Part shown: positions 1 through 10,548 of the stretch, one piece after another
Layout: the number at the start of each line of letters is the position of its first letter
How positions within the stretch are numbered: position 1 is the first letter of the stretch
Sequence record: SRR22947725_1140
Length of the DNA stretch: 41,366 bases
Reading direction: 5' to 3' (one strand)
Made by a program: the position numbers and the translations under genes
The notes under the pieces: generated by a model
Told to the model about the DNA's origin: nothing
The model's input: the letters and a program-made list of their open reading frames with translations, nothing else
Database searches by the model: none

Positions 1-2
1 TC

Positions 3-1235
3 GAGACTCTATTTAGCTCTAAAAATAATTTAATAATTGTTGCAACAATAGCGTTCGGTATGGGACTAGATAAGCCAAACATTAGATGGATTGTGCACGC
101 TGACATACCTCAATCAATCGAAAATTACTATCAAGAAATTGGGCGAGCAGGTCGTGATGGAAAACCTGCAATAGCTTTAACTCTTTATAACCAAGAAGAT
201 ATTGATTTTAGAAGACAACAAATTAATGAGGGCACTATGATGGAAGTTCAAAAAGATCTTAACCATCAGCGTCTTAATCACATAATTGGGCTAGCAGATG
301 ATATAGATTGCCGTCGTAAAAATCTGCTGAGATACTTTGGAGAGGATATTGTATTATGTAAAAATTGTGACTTATGTAAAAACCCAAAAGACACATTTGA
401 AGCCTCTAAATCTATACAAAAAATACTAGAATGTATAATTTTAACAAATGAAAAATATTCTATTGCTAATATTATTAATCTACTGATTGGACAGCTAACA
501 GATAAAATAAAAAAAAATAATGATCAAAAAAATAAGTTCTTTGGTACAGGAAAAGAGTTTAATAACCTTCAATGGTTAGCTATTATCCGGCAAATGATGG
601 GAAGAGACCTAATTCGTCCGTCTCTAAAGGGAGTGAACTCAATCTGTTTAACAGTTCAAGGAAAAATGTTCCTCACTAATAAGCACCCAATTAATTTTAA
701 CCTAGATTCGTTTCACAAAATATCAAAAAAGTTAAAAATTAAAACATTGGTTTCTGATGATGATCAAGCTCTTTTATCTATGTTAAAAGCAAACTGTAGA
801 AAATTAGCGGAAAACAGTAATATACCTAGTCATTTTATTTTTCGGGAAGCGACTTTAATTGAAATGGCTATAAAGAAACCAAAAAATATAGATGAGTTTT
901 TTATGATACATGGTGTAGGGCCTAAGAAATTAGAAAAGTTTAGTACATCATTTTTAAACATAATTAATATCTCACCTCCTGACCCTTTACACCCCGCACG
1001 AAGAAAATTGATAGGAGGCAACTCCGCTTATATTTATGATCAACTTATTGAGGCCCAGTCAAAATTGGCATATGGTAAAGATGGGCACCAAAAAAAAATT
1101 ACTTGCTCTCCCTCGATAATTGCTAAAATATCAAAATTAATAAATCCCACACAAGCAGTTATTAATAATATTCTTGGCGAAAAAAAGGCTCTTCGCTTTG
1201 GGAAGGCGTTTTTAAAAATATTGAAAGACTTTTAA
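3..1235 (+). CDS. recQ: ATP-dependent DNA helicase RecQ, C-terminal part (5' end outside the window)
   Basis: The frame is open from nt 3 and reads [20 protein letters not shown], then [10 protein letters not shown] (helicase motif VI), Zn-binding CRRK...CKNCDLC, an RQC region and an HRDC domain ([24 protein letters not shown]). Confidence 0.95.
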   Translation, partial: ETLFSSKNNLIIVATIAFGMGLDKPNIRWIVHADIPQSIENYYQEIGRAGRDGKPAIALTLYNQEDIDFRRQQINEGTMMEVQKDLNHQRLNHIIGLADDIDCRRKNLLRYFGEDIVLCKNCDLCKNPKDTFEASKSIQKILECIILTNEKYSIANIINLLIGQLTDKIKKNNDQKNKFFGTGKEFNNLQWLAIIRQMMGRDLIRPSLKGVNSICLTVQGKMFLTNKHPINFNLDSFHKISKKLKIKTLVSDDDQALLSMLKANCRKLAENSNIPSHFIFREATLIEMAIKKPKNIDEFFMIHGVGPKKLEKFSTSFLNIINISPPDPLHPARRKLIGGNSAYIYDQLIEAQSKLAYGKDGHQKKITCSPSIIAKISKLINPTQAVINNILGEKKALRFGKAFLKILKDF

Positions 1236-1291
1236 TAAAAATTAATATATTTTAATAAAGTATCTGTTAAACAAAACCGAGGTTTAAAGAA

Positions 1292-2053
1292 ATGTTAACT
1301 GTTATTTCACCAGCCAAGAAGCTTAATCTTGAACCAAATATAAAAATTCTACAAACCAAACCCACTTTTAAAGCGGAAGCCAATAACTTAGCGGCTACAG
1401 TGAGTAAACTGTCTACAGTTGAACAACAGAAACTTATGTCGATCTCTGAAAAGTTAGCAGAATTAAACAAAAAAAGATTTCAGTCTTTTAAAACAGAGCC
1501 AACTTCAGAAGAATCTCTTGCAGCAGTTTTTGCATTTGCTGGAGATACTTATACTGGTCTAGAGGTGGAAACCTTCGAAAACGAAGAACTTGATTTTGCC
1601 CAAAACCATCTACGAATTTTATCTGGATTATACGGTATCTTAAAGCCTTTGGATGCGATTCAACCTTATCGACTCGAAATGGGAAGCAAATTAAATACAA
1701 ATAAGGGAAAATCCTTATATAAATACTGGGGCGATATGTTAAGCTTAAAGCTTAATGAGCATGCCAAAGATGTTAATACAAATATATTAATAAATTGTGC
1801 AAGTCAGGAGTATTTTGGTGCAATAAAACAAGAGGCTCTTAATTTAAAGGTTATTACACCTGTATTTCTTGAAAATAAGGCGGAAGGTCCAAAAATTATA
1901 AGTTTTTTTGCAAAAAGAGCTCGTGGAGCAATGGCTAGATTTATTATACAAAATAGAATAACTACTCCAGAGTATTTAAGTGATTTTGATACTGGAGGAT
2001 ATAAGTATCAAAAAGAGTTATCCAGCTCTGAAAAGCTAGTGTTTTTAAGGTAG
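1292..2053 (+). CDS. yaaA: Peroxide stress protein YaaA (UPF0246)
   Basis: N-terminal VISPAKKL, ILSGLYGILKPLDAIQPYRLEMG, SFFAKRARGAMARF. Confidence 0.93.
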   Translation: MLTVISPAKKLNLEPNIKILQTKPTFKAEANNLAATVSKLSTVEQQKLMSISEKLAELNKKRFQSFKTEPTSEESLAAVFAFAGDTYTGLEVETFENEELDFAQNHLRILSGLYGILKPLDAIQPYRLEMGSKLNTNKGKSLYKYWGDMLSLKLNEHAKDVNTNILINCASQEYFGAIKQEALNLKVITPVFLENKAEGPKIISFFAKRARGAMARFIIQNRITTPEYLSDFDTGGYKYQKELSSSEKLVFLR

Positions 2054-2084
2054 AAATTAGTAGGTTTTATTTTACTGAAACTTA

Positions 2085-3743
2085 TTAGCTAAAACAACCC
2101 TGGCAAAACCAACCACCAGTCTTAAGCCCACCATGTGCATAATAAAGCCATAACCTCTCGCCTGTTTCAGTATCAATCTTCCAGTAATCCCTAACACCCG
2201 TTCTCCAGTTTGGGTCATCAAACCACCATTCAGGAGAGATCCGTTCAGGCCCTGTTTTGAAAATACTATTAAAGTAGCGCCCCCTCCATTTAAATTTTTT
2301 CAGTGGAGAAACATTATCCTGAACTTCAATAGGCTCTGGATTAAACAATACAGTTGGTCGTGAATAAACCTTTGAAATCCAATCAAAAAATGGTTCAGAC
2401 CACATTGCACCTGAAGTGATAAAAGATTTTTCAGGAATATGGCTTTCGGCAGAGTGCCAGCGAGTAATGGATTCTGTGCCCAGTCTCAGACTTATCCTAT
2501 TAAGGAAATGTTCAAAATCAGTATCTGTATTAGGTTTTTTAACTTCTAAATTATCTTCAGAAAGCTCCTTAACATATTGAGTTTCATAAACAGGTTCATA
2601 AATTTTTGTCTCTAAACGTATCAAATCAACACCAAACTCTGAAATAATTTCATCTAATTTCATACCTAAAAGTGTTAAAATTTTTTCTGTATCAAAGCTT
2701 GGCTGTGTTAGCTGGATATATATACTTTGTGTTGTACCATCTGTCCTAAATATCTGTAACTGTAATTTCCGAACTCCAAATCTGTTATTTTTTAACTTTT
2801 TACATAATGCTGGAACTAACTTTTCAAGGGCTAGTAAGAAATCACTTTTGAGCCCAATAGGCTCTGGCAACGTCAATCTGACAGAAAACCTTTTAGCAAG
2901 TTTTTCTGGAGACACCGGTTCCGGCTCAAGCCCTAAAATTTGATCTAAGCGAGTTAGTAAATCCCTTCCGAAACGTCTTGTTAATGGCGCTCGAGGTATT
3001 TCTAATAAATCTTTAATGCACCTAAACCCTAATCTTCTAAGAGATGTAACTTTGCTAAGTGGAAGCCTTAAGGATGCCAAAGGTAAGTTAGAAATGTACT
3101 CTCTTGTTTGCCCACAAGGGACTATAACATATTTAAAAGAACTGAACTCATTATTTTTTTGGTCAATAGTCAGACTATTAGGTTGATTACCCCTCTTAAA
3201 CGCACGTGCTCTAGTTGCACGTGCTTCTTGATCAATAATATCCCCAGTATAAAGCAATTCAGAAGTATTTTCTAGAAACCTAGACAAAGCCCAAGCAGCC
3301 CCAACAGTATCTGCTAATCCAATACGGGCCGTAAGCGAAAAGTTAGCACAATCTATTTTAAACGCTTCAATTAAACTTTTTTCTCCCCCAAACAAATGAG
3401 CACATCCAGTAATATCTATTAGAATTCCATCTGGTAGTTCTTTTTTTATCCATGGGGAATACTTTCCTGCCCATCGGGAAAGTAAATCTAAAAATCTGTA
3501 ATCCTCTTCCAAGTCAAAAAACCTGACGATAACATTAGGGCACCTTAAGATTGTGTCACGTATAGACTGACCAATAAAAAGTCCCTGTAGCTCTGCAGCT
3601 ACATTAAGATTACAGACTGTCCCTTGATTGCCTTCATTAAGTATAATTACTACTGGTGTTTCAAAGCTTATTTTTTCTTGTCGGACAACTCTCTCTACAG
3701 ACAGCCTTTTAAACCATAAAGATAACACACGACGATTAGACAA
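2085..3743 (-). CDS. imuB: ImuB-like catalytically inactive Y-family polymerase homologue
   Basis: YSPW..PDGILIDITGCAHLFGGE, LPLASLRL, RAPLTRRFG, C-terminal GPERISPEWW..RDYW..GERLWLY. TTG start with a GAGG RBS and a LexA box upstream. Confidence 0.88.
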   Translation of the reverse strand: MSNRRVLSLWFKRLSVERVVRQEKISFETPVVIILNEGNQGTVCNLNVAAELQGLFIGQSIRDTILRCPNVIVRFFDLEEDYRFLDLLSRWAGKYSPWIKKELPDGILIDITGCAHLFGGEKSLIEAFKIDCANFSLTARIGLADTVGAAWALSRFLENTSELLYTGDIIDQEARATRARAFKRGNQPNSLTIDQKNNEFSSFKYVIVPCGQTREYISNLPLASLRLPLSKVTSLRRLGFRCIKDLLEIPRAPLTRRFGRDLLTRLDQILGLEPEPVSPEKLAKRFSVRLTLPEPIGLKSDFLLALEKLVPALCKKLKNNRFGVRKLQLQIFRTDGTTQSIYIQLTQPSFDTEKILTLLGMKLDEIISEFGVDLIRLETKIYEPVYETQYVKELSEDNLEVKKPNTDTDFEHFLNRISLRLGTESITRWHSAESHIPEKSFITSGAMWSEPFFDWISKVYSRPTVLFNPEPIEVQDNVSPLKKFKWRGRYFNSIFKTGPERISPEWWFDDPNWRTGVRDYWKIDTETGERLWLYYAHGGLKTGGWFCQGCFS

Positions 3744-3759
3744 TACTTTACCTCAAAAT

Positions 3760-3774
3760 GTTCACTTTTTGTTC
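3760..3774 (-). promoter_or_regulatory. Alphaproteobacterial LexA (SOS) box GTTC-N7-GTTC
   Basis: The + strand reads GTTC-ACTTTTT-GTTC (GAAC-N7-GAAC on the coding strand), 16 nt upstream of the imuB start. This is an exact match to the known consensus. Confidence 0.85.
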
Positions 3775-3840
3775 TTTTTATTAAAACATTTTTATTAATA
3801 TAGTCGAGTCCTTTTTTAACTTTTAAAAAGTAATTTAATA

Positions 3841-5661
3841 CTAGTTCGCTAGTCTCGACTGACGTTTCCGCTCATGAGAATCTAGAAAAACTTTACGCAA
3901 ACGAATTGATTTAGGTGTTACCTCTACAAGTTCATCATTATCAATATAGGCAATTGCTTGTTCCAATGACAAACTAATAGGTGTTGTCAACTTCACAGCT
4001 TCATCAGTACCTGAAGCTCGAACATTTGTTAATTTTTTTCCTTTAAGAGGGTTAACCTCCAAATCATTCTCACGACTATGCTCACCAATTATCATACCTT
4101 GGTAAACCGGTTCTTGCGGTCCAATAAAAAACTTTCCTCGATCTTCTAAATTAAAGATTGCATATGCTACAGATGTACCATTTTCCATAGAAATCAATAC
4201 ACCAGATCTTCTACCAGGAATTGACCCTTTGTACGGCTCCCAATCATTAAAAACTCTATTTAGTACACCAGTTCCTCTAGTGTCAGTCAAAAACTCACCT
4301 TGGTAACCGATCAAACCTCGAGAGGGAACATGAGCTATGATTCTTGTTTTTCCAACTCCAGCCGGACGCATTTCTATAAGTTCACCTTTGCGAGAACCGG
4401 TAATTTTTTCAATGACCACCCCAGAATAATCGTCATCAACATCAATAGTTACTTCTTCTACCGGCTCTAATTTAACATCACCATCATTCCTGAACAAAAC
4501 CTGAGGCCGAGAAATACTCAACTCAAAACCTTCTCGCCTCATATTTTCAATCAAAACACCCATCTGTAATTCGCCTCGGCCAGAAACTTCAAAAGCTTCC
4601 CCACCAGGTGTATCACTTACCTGAATGGCAACATTAGACTCTGCCTCTTTCATCAAGCGCTCTCTTATAACTCTGGATTGAACTTTCTTCCCATCGCGCC
4701 CAGCTAGTGGACTGTCATTTATACCAAAAGTAACTGATATAGTAGGAGGGTCTATAGGTTGGGACTCGAGAGCTTCCTCAACCACTAAGGAACACAATGT
4801 ATCTGCAACTGTGGCCTTAGACATCCCAGATAGAGAAACTATATCACCAGATTCTGCTATATCTATAGCAACTTGGCTTAAACCACGAAAAGCCATAATT
4901 TTTGTTACTCTAAACTGCTCTAATTTTATACCATCTCTTGATAGAGCCTTTATCGTTTCACCAACTTTTAATGTCCCTTTTTCAACCCTACCTGTTAAAA
5001 CTCTGCCAATAAAAGGATCGTTTCCCAAAGTTGTGACTAACATTGTAAAGTCTAATTGACGGTTTTCTATCTGTATTGGAGCAGGAACATGTGCAACAAC
5101 TAAATCTAAAAGGGCTGTTAAATCCTTGCGTGGTCCATCAAGTTCCATATCAGCCCAACCAGAGCGACCAGAAGCATACATAATAGGGAAATCTAATTGG
5201 TCATCATCAGCACCTAGGTTCGCAAATAAATCAAAGCACTCATCAAGAGCTCTATCTGGTTCAGCATCACCCTTATCCACTTTATTTAAAATAACTATCG
5301 GTCTAAGCCCTAAAGCAAGAGCTTTTGATGTGACAAATTTTGTTTGGGGCATTGGTCCCTCGGCAGCATCTACCAAAAGTACAACTCCATCGACCATACT
5401 TAAAATACGTTCAACTTCACCTCCAAAGTCTGCATGGCCAGGGGTATCTACGATATTAATTCTCATCCCTTTCCATTCTACAGAGGTTGCTTTTGCCAAA
5501 ATTGTAATGCCACGCTCTCGCTCTAAATCATTGCTGTCCATAGCTCTTTCGGCTATGGCCTGATTCTCTCGAAAGGAGCCTGATTGTTTTAATAACTCAT
5601 CCACGAGTGTCGTTTTCCCGTGATCGACGTGAGCAATGATCGCTATGTTGCGCAGATCCAT
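3841..5661 (-). CDS. typA: Translational GTPase TypA/BipA
   Basis: LRNIAIIAHVDHGKTTLVD, ERERGITILAK, DTPGHADFGGEVER, NKVD, GRGELQMGVLIENMRREGFE. Confidence 0.98.
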   Translation of the reverse strand: MDLRNIAIIAHVDHGKTTLVDELLKQSGSFRENQAIAERAMDSNDLERERGITILAKATSVEWKGMRINIVDTPGHADFGGEVERILSMVDGVVLLVDAAEGPMPQTKFVTSKALALGLRPIVILNKVDKGDAEPDRALDECFDLFANLGADDDQLDFPIMYASGRSGWADMELDGPRKDLTALLDLVVAHVPAPIQIENRQLDFTMLVTTLGNDPFIGRVLTGRVEKGTLKVGETIKALSRDGIKLEQFRVTKIMAFRGLSQVAIDIAESGDIVSLSGMSKATVADTLCSLVVEEALESQPIDPPTISVTFGINDSPLAGRDGKKVQSRVIRERLMKEAESNVAIQVSDTPGGEAFEVSGRGELQMGVLIENMRREGFELSISRPQVLFRNDGDVKLEPVEEVTIDVDDDYSGVVIEKITGSRKGELIEMRPAGVGKTRIIAHVPSRGLIGYQGEFLTDTRGTGVLNRVFNDWEPYKGSIPGRRSGVLISMENGTSVAYAIFNLEDRGKFFIGPQEPVYQGMIIGEHSRENDLEVNPLKGKKLTNVRASGTDEAVKLTTPISLSLEQAIAYIDNDELVEVTPKSIRLRKVFLDSHERKRQSRLAN

Positions 5662-5784
5662 TTTTTTACCTTTTAATGAAATGTTGCGAGCGACCTATCT
5701 GAACCTAGGTTTAAATGCCAGCCTTTAATTTTATTTATGCTTTTTTTAAATATGAAAAAATTTTTAGTACAACAAAGATTAATT

Positions 5785-8016
5785 TTACTTTTTTCTTTTC
5801 CTAAAACTTTTTTTTCCAAACCTCTTTTTAAAAAAACTCTTCTTGGAATGCTCTACTATTGATAGTTTCTCTCCGTCAACACTAAGAAGCTGTAAAGTTA
5901 ACCCTCCTGTCAGAGCGTTTGTTTCGACCACCCTTACTAAAACTCTCTTTCCTAAACCGAGCACCAAACCTGTTCTTTCAGCAACTAAAACTTGTTTTTC
6001 TCGGTTATATCTAAAGTATTCATTTCCAATCGTTGATACTGGCACCAAACCATCAGCACCAGATTCATCAATTTTAACAAAAATTCCAAACCGAGTAACT
6101 CCAGAAATAGTACCGAACACTTCTAAACCTATTCTATCAGAAAAAAATGCTGCTAAGTAACGATCTACTGTATCTCTCTCTGCTAACATTGATTTACGTT
6201 CACAAATTGAAATACTCTCTCCAATAGCTTCAAGTTCACCGTGATAAAATCTATAAAGTGGCTTTTGTCCTCTATTTATAATCTCGATTATAGCTCTGTG
6301 GGTAACCAGGTCAGCATATCTCCTTATAGGTGATGTAAAATGAGTATAGCGCCTTAATGCAAGACCAAAATGACCAATAGGTTGGGCTCCATAGTAAGCC
6401 TGAGGCATAGATCGTAAAATTGACATACTAACTAGCTCAGAATATTCTGTTTCCTTCGCGTTATACAGCAAACTATTTAAATGATGAGTTTTTAAAACTT
6501 GACCCTTACTAAAGCTTAAACCACAAGACTTAATAACTTCTCTTAATGTATTAACTTTCTCTTTTTCGGGTTCTTCATGGATGCGGTATAAAAAAGAACC
6601 CTGATTATTAAATAACTCTTCCGCCGCAGCAACATTTGCCAAAATCATTAACTCTTCAACAACTTTATGAGCATCTAATCTATCTAAGAATTCTATTGAT
6701 GTAACTTTTCCAACATTATCTAAAAGAATTTTTCTTTCAGGTAGATCTAAATTTAAAGGCCCTCTTTCTTTTGTTGCGTTTTGTAATACCTCAAAGCACT
6801 TATATAGCGGCTTAATTATACTTTCGAGAATGGGTTGAGTTTTTTTACTTGGGTTCCCATCAATCGCTTCCTGCACCTCCTTATACACTAATGAACCCCG
6901 AGATCTCATTAGCCCTCGAAAAAATTGTTGGCTAGTTTTCTTTCCACCACTGTCTAAAATCATTTTTAATGCTAAGCAGGGCCTATCTTCACCCTCATGT
7001 AAAGAACAAAGGTCTGCTGACAAATTTTCTGGAAGCATTGGAACAACGCGGTCCGGAAAATAAGTCGAGTTACCTCTTTTTTGTGCTTCCCCGTCTAATA
7101 GAGAACCTGGTTTAACATAATATGCTACATCAGCGATCGCGATCCATACGACAAAACCACCTTTATTTTCATCATCTAAATCAAGTTCAACATAGCAAGC
7201 ATCATCATGATCTCTAGCATCAGCTGGATCAATCGTAACAAACGGTATATGTCTTAAATCGTCCCGGTCTAACAAGGTAACCGGGGCACTATTAATCGCC
7301 TCAGATAATGTCTCTTTACTAAATTCATCCACTATAGAATGTTCGTGTATTGCTATCAGTGAGATTGCTTTACTATCATCAGTCTTTCCAAGGACAGAAA
7401 TAACTCTGGCTTTTGGCATTCCAAACCTAGTCTTAGGGCTTGTTTGTTCTGCCTCCACTATATCCCCATCAACACTACCGTTTATGGCATTCGGAGGAAT
7501 AGTCCAAATAGTATTTAATCGCTTACTCAAAGCTTCCAGTGTCCCTCCGGACGAGGAAACCCTAAAAAGTCCCACTATTTTTGATAAATTATTTTTCTTT
7601 GGAATTCTTCTTATTAATTTTGCCTCATAATGATAATCTTTGCCTTCTACTTTAGTCAACGCGCACAGAATTCTATCACCTGCAAATACTGGTGTAATTG
7701 ACCTTTTCTCAGAATAAAATATTTTTGGCATCTCTTTTCTATCAAGAAAATCAAGTAGATCCAAAAAAATATCCCCATCTTTATCGGGAGCTTTAGCAAT
7801 ACAGATAGCAGTTGAAGGAACTGCACTGACAAGGCTTTCAGAACTTGGTTTAATAGATATTTCTTCTTCATTCTCTAGGTCAAGAATAAGTTTCTTCAAA
7901 TCTATTTTGTCACTACCTGTAATGCCAAAGGCTTTAGCTATCTCTCTCTTTGAAATTTTATCTGGATTATCCTTTAACCATAAAAGTAAATCCTGCTTTG
8001 TCGGAAGGCCTGCCAT
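5785..8016 (-). CDS. rnr: Ribonuclease R
   Basis: N-terminal HTH (KREIAKAFGI), RNB catalytic TIDPADARDHDDA, HFTSPIRRYADL, S1 domain, basic C-terminal tail. Confidence 0.96.
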   Translation of the reverse strand: MAGLPTKQDLLLWLKDNPDKISKREIAKAFGITGSDKIDLKKLILDLENEEEISIKPSSESLVSAVPSTAICIAKAPDKDGDIFLDLLDFLDRKEMPKIFYSEKRSITPVFAGDRILCALTKVEGKDYHYEAKLIRRIPKKNNLSKIVGLFRVSSSGGTLEALSKRLNTIWTIPPNAINGSVDGDIVEAEQTSPKTRFGMPKARVISVLGKTDDSKAISLIAIHEHSIVDEFSKETLSEAINSAPVTLLDRDDLRHIPFVTIDPADARDHDDACYVELDLDDENKGGFVVWIAIADVAYYVKPGSLLDGEAQKRGNSTYFPDRVVPMLPENLSADLCSLHEGEDRPCLALKMILDSGGKKTSQQFFRGLMRSRGSLVYKEVQEAIDGNPSKKTQPILESIIKPLYKCFEVLQNATKERGPLNLDLPERKILLDNVGKVTSIEFLDRLDAHKVVEELMILANVAAAEELFNNQGSFLYRIHEEPEKEKVNTLREVIKSCGLSFSKGQVLKTHHLNSLLYNAKETEYSELVSMSILRSMPQAYYGAQPIGHFGLALRRYTHFTSPIRRYADLVTHRAIIEIINRGQKPLYRFYHGELEAIGESISICERKSMLAERDTVDRYLAAFFSDRIGLEVFGTISGVTRFGIFVKIDESGADGLVPVSTIGNEYFRYNREKQVLVAERTGLVLGLGKRVLVRVVETNALTGGLTLQLLSVDGEKLSIVEHSKKSFFKKRFGKKSFRKRKK

Positions 8017-8122
8017 TAACTTAATATACGATATTTAATAACATCATCTCCATCACTATAATAAATTACTTATTATTACTCTATTTAATTTGTTGATTTT
8101 CAAAAAGTACTTTGGAATATGC

Positions 8123-9274
8123 TTACTCGACAAGGTAATTAATAAGCATACTCTTATAAATTATTTTTAACTGATCAACATGCTCCACTTTAACATGCTC
8201 ATCAACTTGGTGAAGAGTATTCCCCAATAAACCAAACTCAACGACAGGACAGTGTTCCCTTACAAACCTTGCGTCCGAAGTGCCACCAGACGTTGATAAT
8301 TTCGCTTCAGTCCCAGTAATCTTGTAGATGGCTGACAAAGCTAGATTAGAAAGCTCTCCAGGCTTTGTAATAAAGCTTTCTCCTGAAACATTAGCCTTTA
8401 TACTTACTTTTACTCTACTCTCATTTTCTATTTTTTGTGCCTCAGACTCCAACCAGTTAAGTAGAGACTCTGAACTATGGGCATCATTAAAGCGAATATT
8501 CAACATCACCTCACAACTCTGAGGTATTACATTAGTAGCTGTGTTTCCTGTATCTATGGATGTTATGGTAAGGGTAGAGGGATCAAAATAATCAGTTCCT
8601 TGATCTAACTCATGATCGGTAATTCGACTAACTAGCTTTGCTACAGTGGGCAGTGGGTTTAATGCTCTTTCTGGGTAGGCAGAATGTCCCTGAACGCCTT
8701 GCAATGTAATTACAGCAGACAGTGAACCTCGCCTCCCTATTTTTATGGTATCGCCCATAGCCTCAGAGCAAGTAGGCTCTCCCACCAGGCAAACAGACAT
8801 GGATTCATCGTTCGCTTTCATCCAATCAAGAATAGCAATCGTTCCATCAGTTGCATCTGCTTCCTCATCTCCAGTCAGCATTATCACAAGAGCACCATCA
8901 AAAAAAAATTCTTCAGAAACCTCTTTTGCTGCAATTACAAAAGCAGCAACCGCAGTCTTCATATCCGCGGCTCCTCGCCCATATAATAATCCATTCTTAA
9001 TTTCCCCGCCAAATGGATCACAAGACCAAGAAGAAACATCTCCTTCTGGAACAACATCAGTATGACCATTAAACCCAAAAGTCTTTTTGTGGTTTTTCTC
9101 TCCCCATCTTGCAAAGAGATTGCAAATTCCACCTCTATCCACCCTAAAGCATTCAAACCCCGCTCTTAAGAGTTCGTTTTCTACAATCTCTATTGCGCCA
9201 TCATTTTTAGGTGTTACCGAACGGCACTTTATTAGCTTTCTTGAGAGCTGCAATACATCTGAATTCGCAACCAT
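8123..9274 (-). CDS. dapE: Succinyl-diaminopimelate desuccinylase
   Basis: GHTDVVP, GRGAADMK, GDEE, GEPT..IKIGRRGS, GHSAYP, STSGGTSDARF. Start placed at ATG 9274 because an AGAGGA RBS lies upstream (ORF track start is 9325). Confidence 0.95.
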   Translation of the reverse strand: MVANSDVLQLSRKLIKCRSVTPKNDGAIEIVENELLRAGFECFRVDRGGICNLFARWGEKNHKKTFGFNGHTDVVPEGDVSSWSCDPFGGEIKNGLLYGRGAADMKTAVAAFVIAAKEVSEEFFFDGALVIMLTGDEEADATDGTIAILDWMKANDESMSVCLVGEPTCSEAMGDTIKIGRRGSLSAVITLQGVQGHSAYPERALNPLPTVAKLVSRITDHELDQGTDYFDPSTLTITSIDTGNTATNVIPQSCEVMLNIRFNDAHSSESLLNWLESEAQKIENESRVKVSIKANVSGESFITKPGELSNLALSAIYKITGTEAKLSTSGGTSDARFVREHCPVVEFGLLGNTLHQVDEHVKVEHVDQLKIIYKSMLINYLVE

Positions 9275-9284
9275 TTTCTTTCCT

Positions 9285-9614
9285 CTAATCATAAAATGCT
9301 GTTGTTTGGGATACAATAACAGCATTTTCGTCTAAAGCCTGCTTGATAAGTAAATGTTCATCCTCAGAAATATCATGTCCTTCCGCCACTCTTTCATCAA
9401 CACTCCCATACCCAGAAATATTCAGCGGAGATAATCCTGCTTTTTTAATAACTGCAGTCGTTTCCCTGACAGCCTCGTCCTCACTTACACCAGAAGAGTA
9501 ACACATCAAAGCAGCCCCTGTTGAGTTTTTAGGCAACCCATCATCTTTCTTCCGACCAACCTCCACTAGAAGAGTATAAACCGAATGCTTTTGATTTGTT
9601 TCTACTTTGCTCAT
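9285..9614 (-). CDS. Hypothetical protein (109 aa) between dapD and dapE
   Basis: ATG-initiated ORF, co-oriented with and tightly packed between dapD and dapE; plausible globular composition. Confidence 0.8.
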   Translation of the reverse strand: MSKVETNQKHSVYTLLVEVGRKKDDGLPKNSTGAALMCYSSGVSEDEAVRETTAVIKKAGLSPLNISGYGSVDERVAEGHDISEDEHLLIKQALDENAVIVSQTTAFYD

Positions 9615-9645
9615 TTAAGACATCTCAATATGAGTAAAAATCTAT

Positions 9646-10473
9646 TTAATCTCTTAGAAGCTCATTAATAGCAGTTTTTGAACGAGTTTTTTCATCAACC
9701 CTCTTAACAATAACAGCACAATATAGATTTATTCCATTTTTTGTTGGCAAAGATCCGGCTACAACAACTGAGTATGGGGGAACTTCTCCATAAAACACGT
9801 CACCAGTCTCTCGGTCCACTATCTTAGTCGATTGACCAAGAAAAACTCCCATCCCCAAGACAGAGCCTTCACGAACTATACAGCCCTCAACTACCTCTGA
9901 ACGTGCACCAATAAAGCAATTATCTTCTATAATAGTTGGTCCTGCCTGCATTGGCTCAAGAACTCCACCTATCCCAACACCTCCTGAAAGGTGAACATTT
10001 TTTCCTATCTGGGCACATGATCCAACAGTAGCCCATGTATCCACCATTGTCCCTTCATCTACGTAAGCACCCAAATTTACGAAAGAGGGCATTAATACTA
10101 CCCCAGGAGCGATATATGCAGATTTTCTAACAACACAGTTCGGTACAGCTCTAAACCCTGCATGTTTCCAATTACTCGTCTTCCAACCCTTAAACTTACT
10201 ATCAACTTTGTCCCACCATGAGCTATTTTGAGGCCCACCTGATTGTATTTCCATATCTTGAATTCTAAACCCCAGCAAAACTGCTTTCTTGGCCCACTGA
10301 TTCACGTGCCATGAACCATTTTGAACTTTTTCAGCAACCCTTAATGCACCACTATCTAACGCATCCAACGTTTCCTCTATTGCTTCCCTAGTTTCGCCAA
10401 CAGTTGTAGGTGTTATTTGGTCTCGCAAATCCCAAGCTTTTTCAATTGCGTCTTCAAGTTCTATATTGGACAT
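9646..10473 (-). CDS. dapD: 2,3,4,5-tetrahydropyridine-2,6-dicarboxylate N-succinyltransferase
   Basis: [45 protein letters not shown], hexapeptide repeats. Start probably 10473 (alternative 10488). Confidence 0.96.
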   Translation of the reverse strand: MSNIELEDAIEKAWDLRDQITPTTVGETREAIEETLDALDSGALRVAEKVQNGSWHVNQWAKKAVLLGFRIQDMEIQSGGPQNSSWWDKVDSKFKGWKTSNWKHAGFRAVPNCVVRKSAYIAPGVVLMPSFVNLGAYVDEGTMVDTWATVGSCAQIGKNVHLSGGVGIGGVLEPMQAGPTIIEDNCFIGARSEVVEGCIVREGSVLGMGVFLGQSTKIVDRETGDVFYGEVPPYSVVVAGSLPTKNGINLYCAVIVKRVDEKTRSKTAINELLRD

Positions 10474-10548
10474 AAGTAAAGCCTTCATAAAAGTTAATTC
10501 TGGGTTAATGTTGCAGTCTCTATAAACCGATGTTCTGTTCGTTGCAAA

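Noticed and set aside
3201-3224. Two copies of the palindrome GCACGTGC in imuB
   Set aside because: Explained by the coding repeat ARATRARA.
4811-5563. Two + strand ORFs (82 and 145 aa)
   Set aside because: Antisense shadows of the highly conserved typA.
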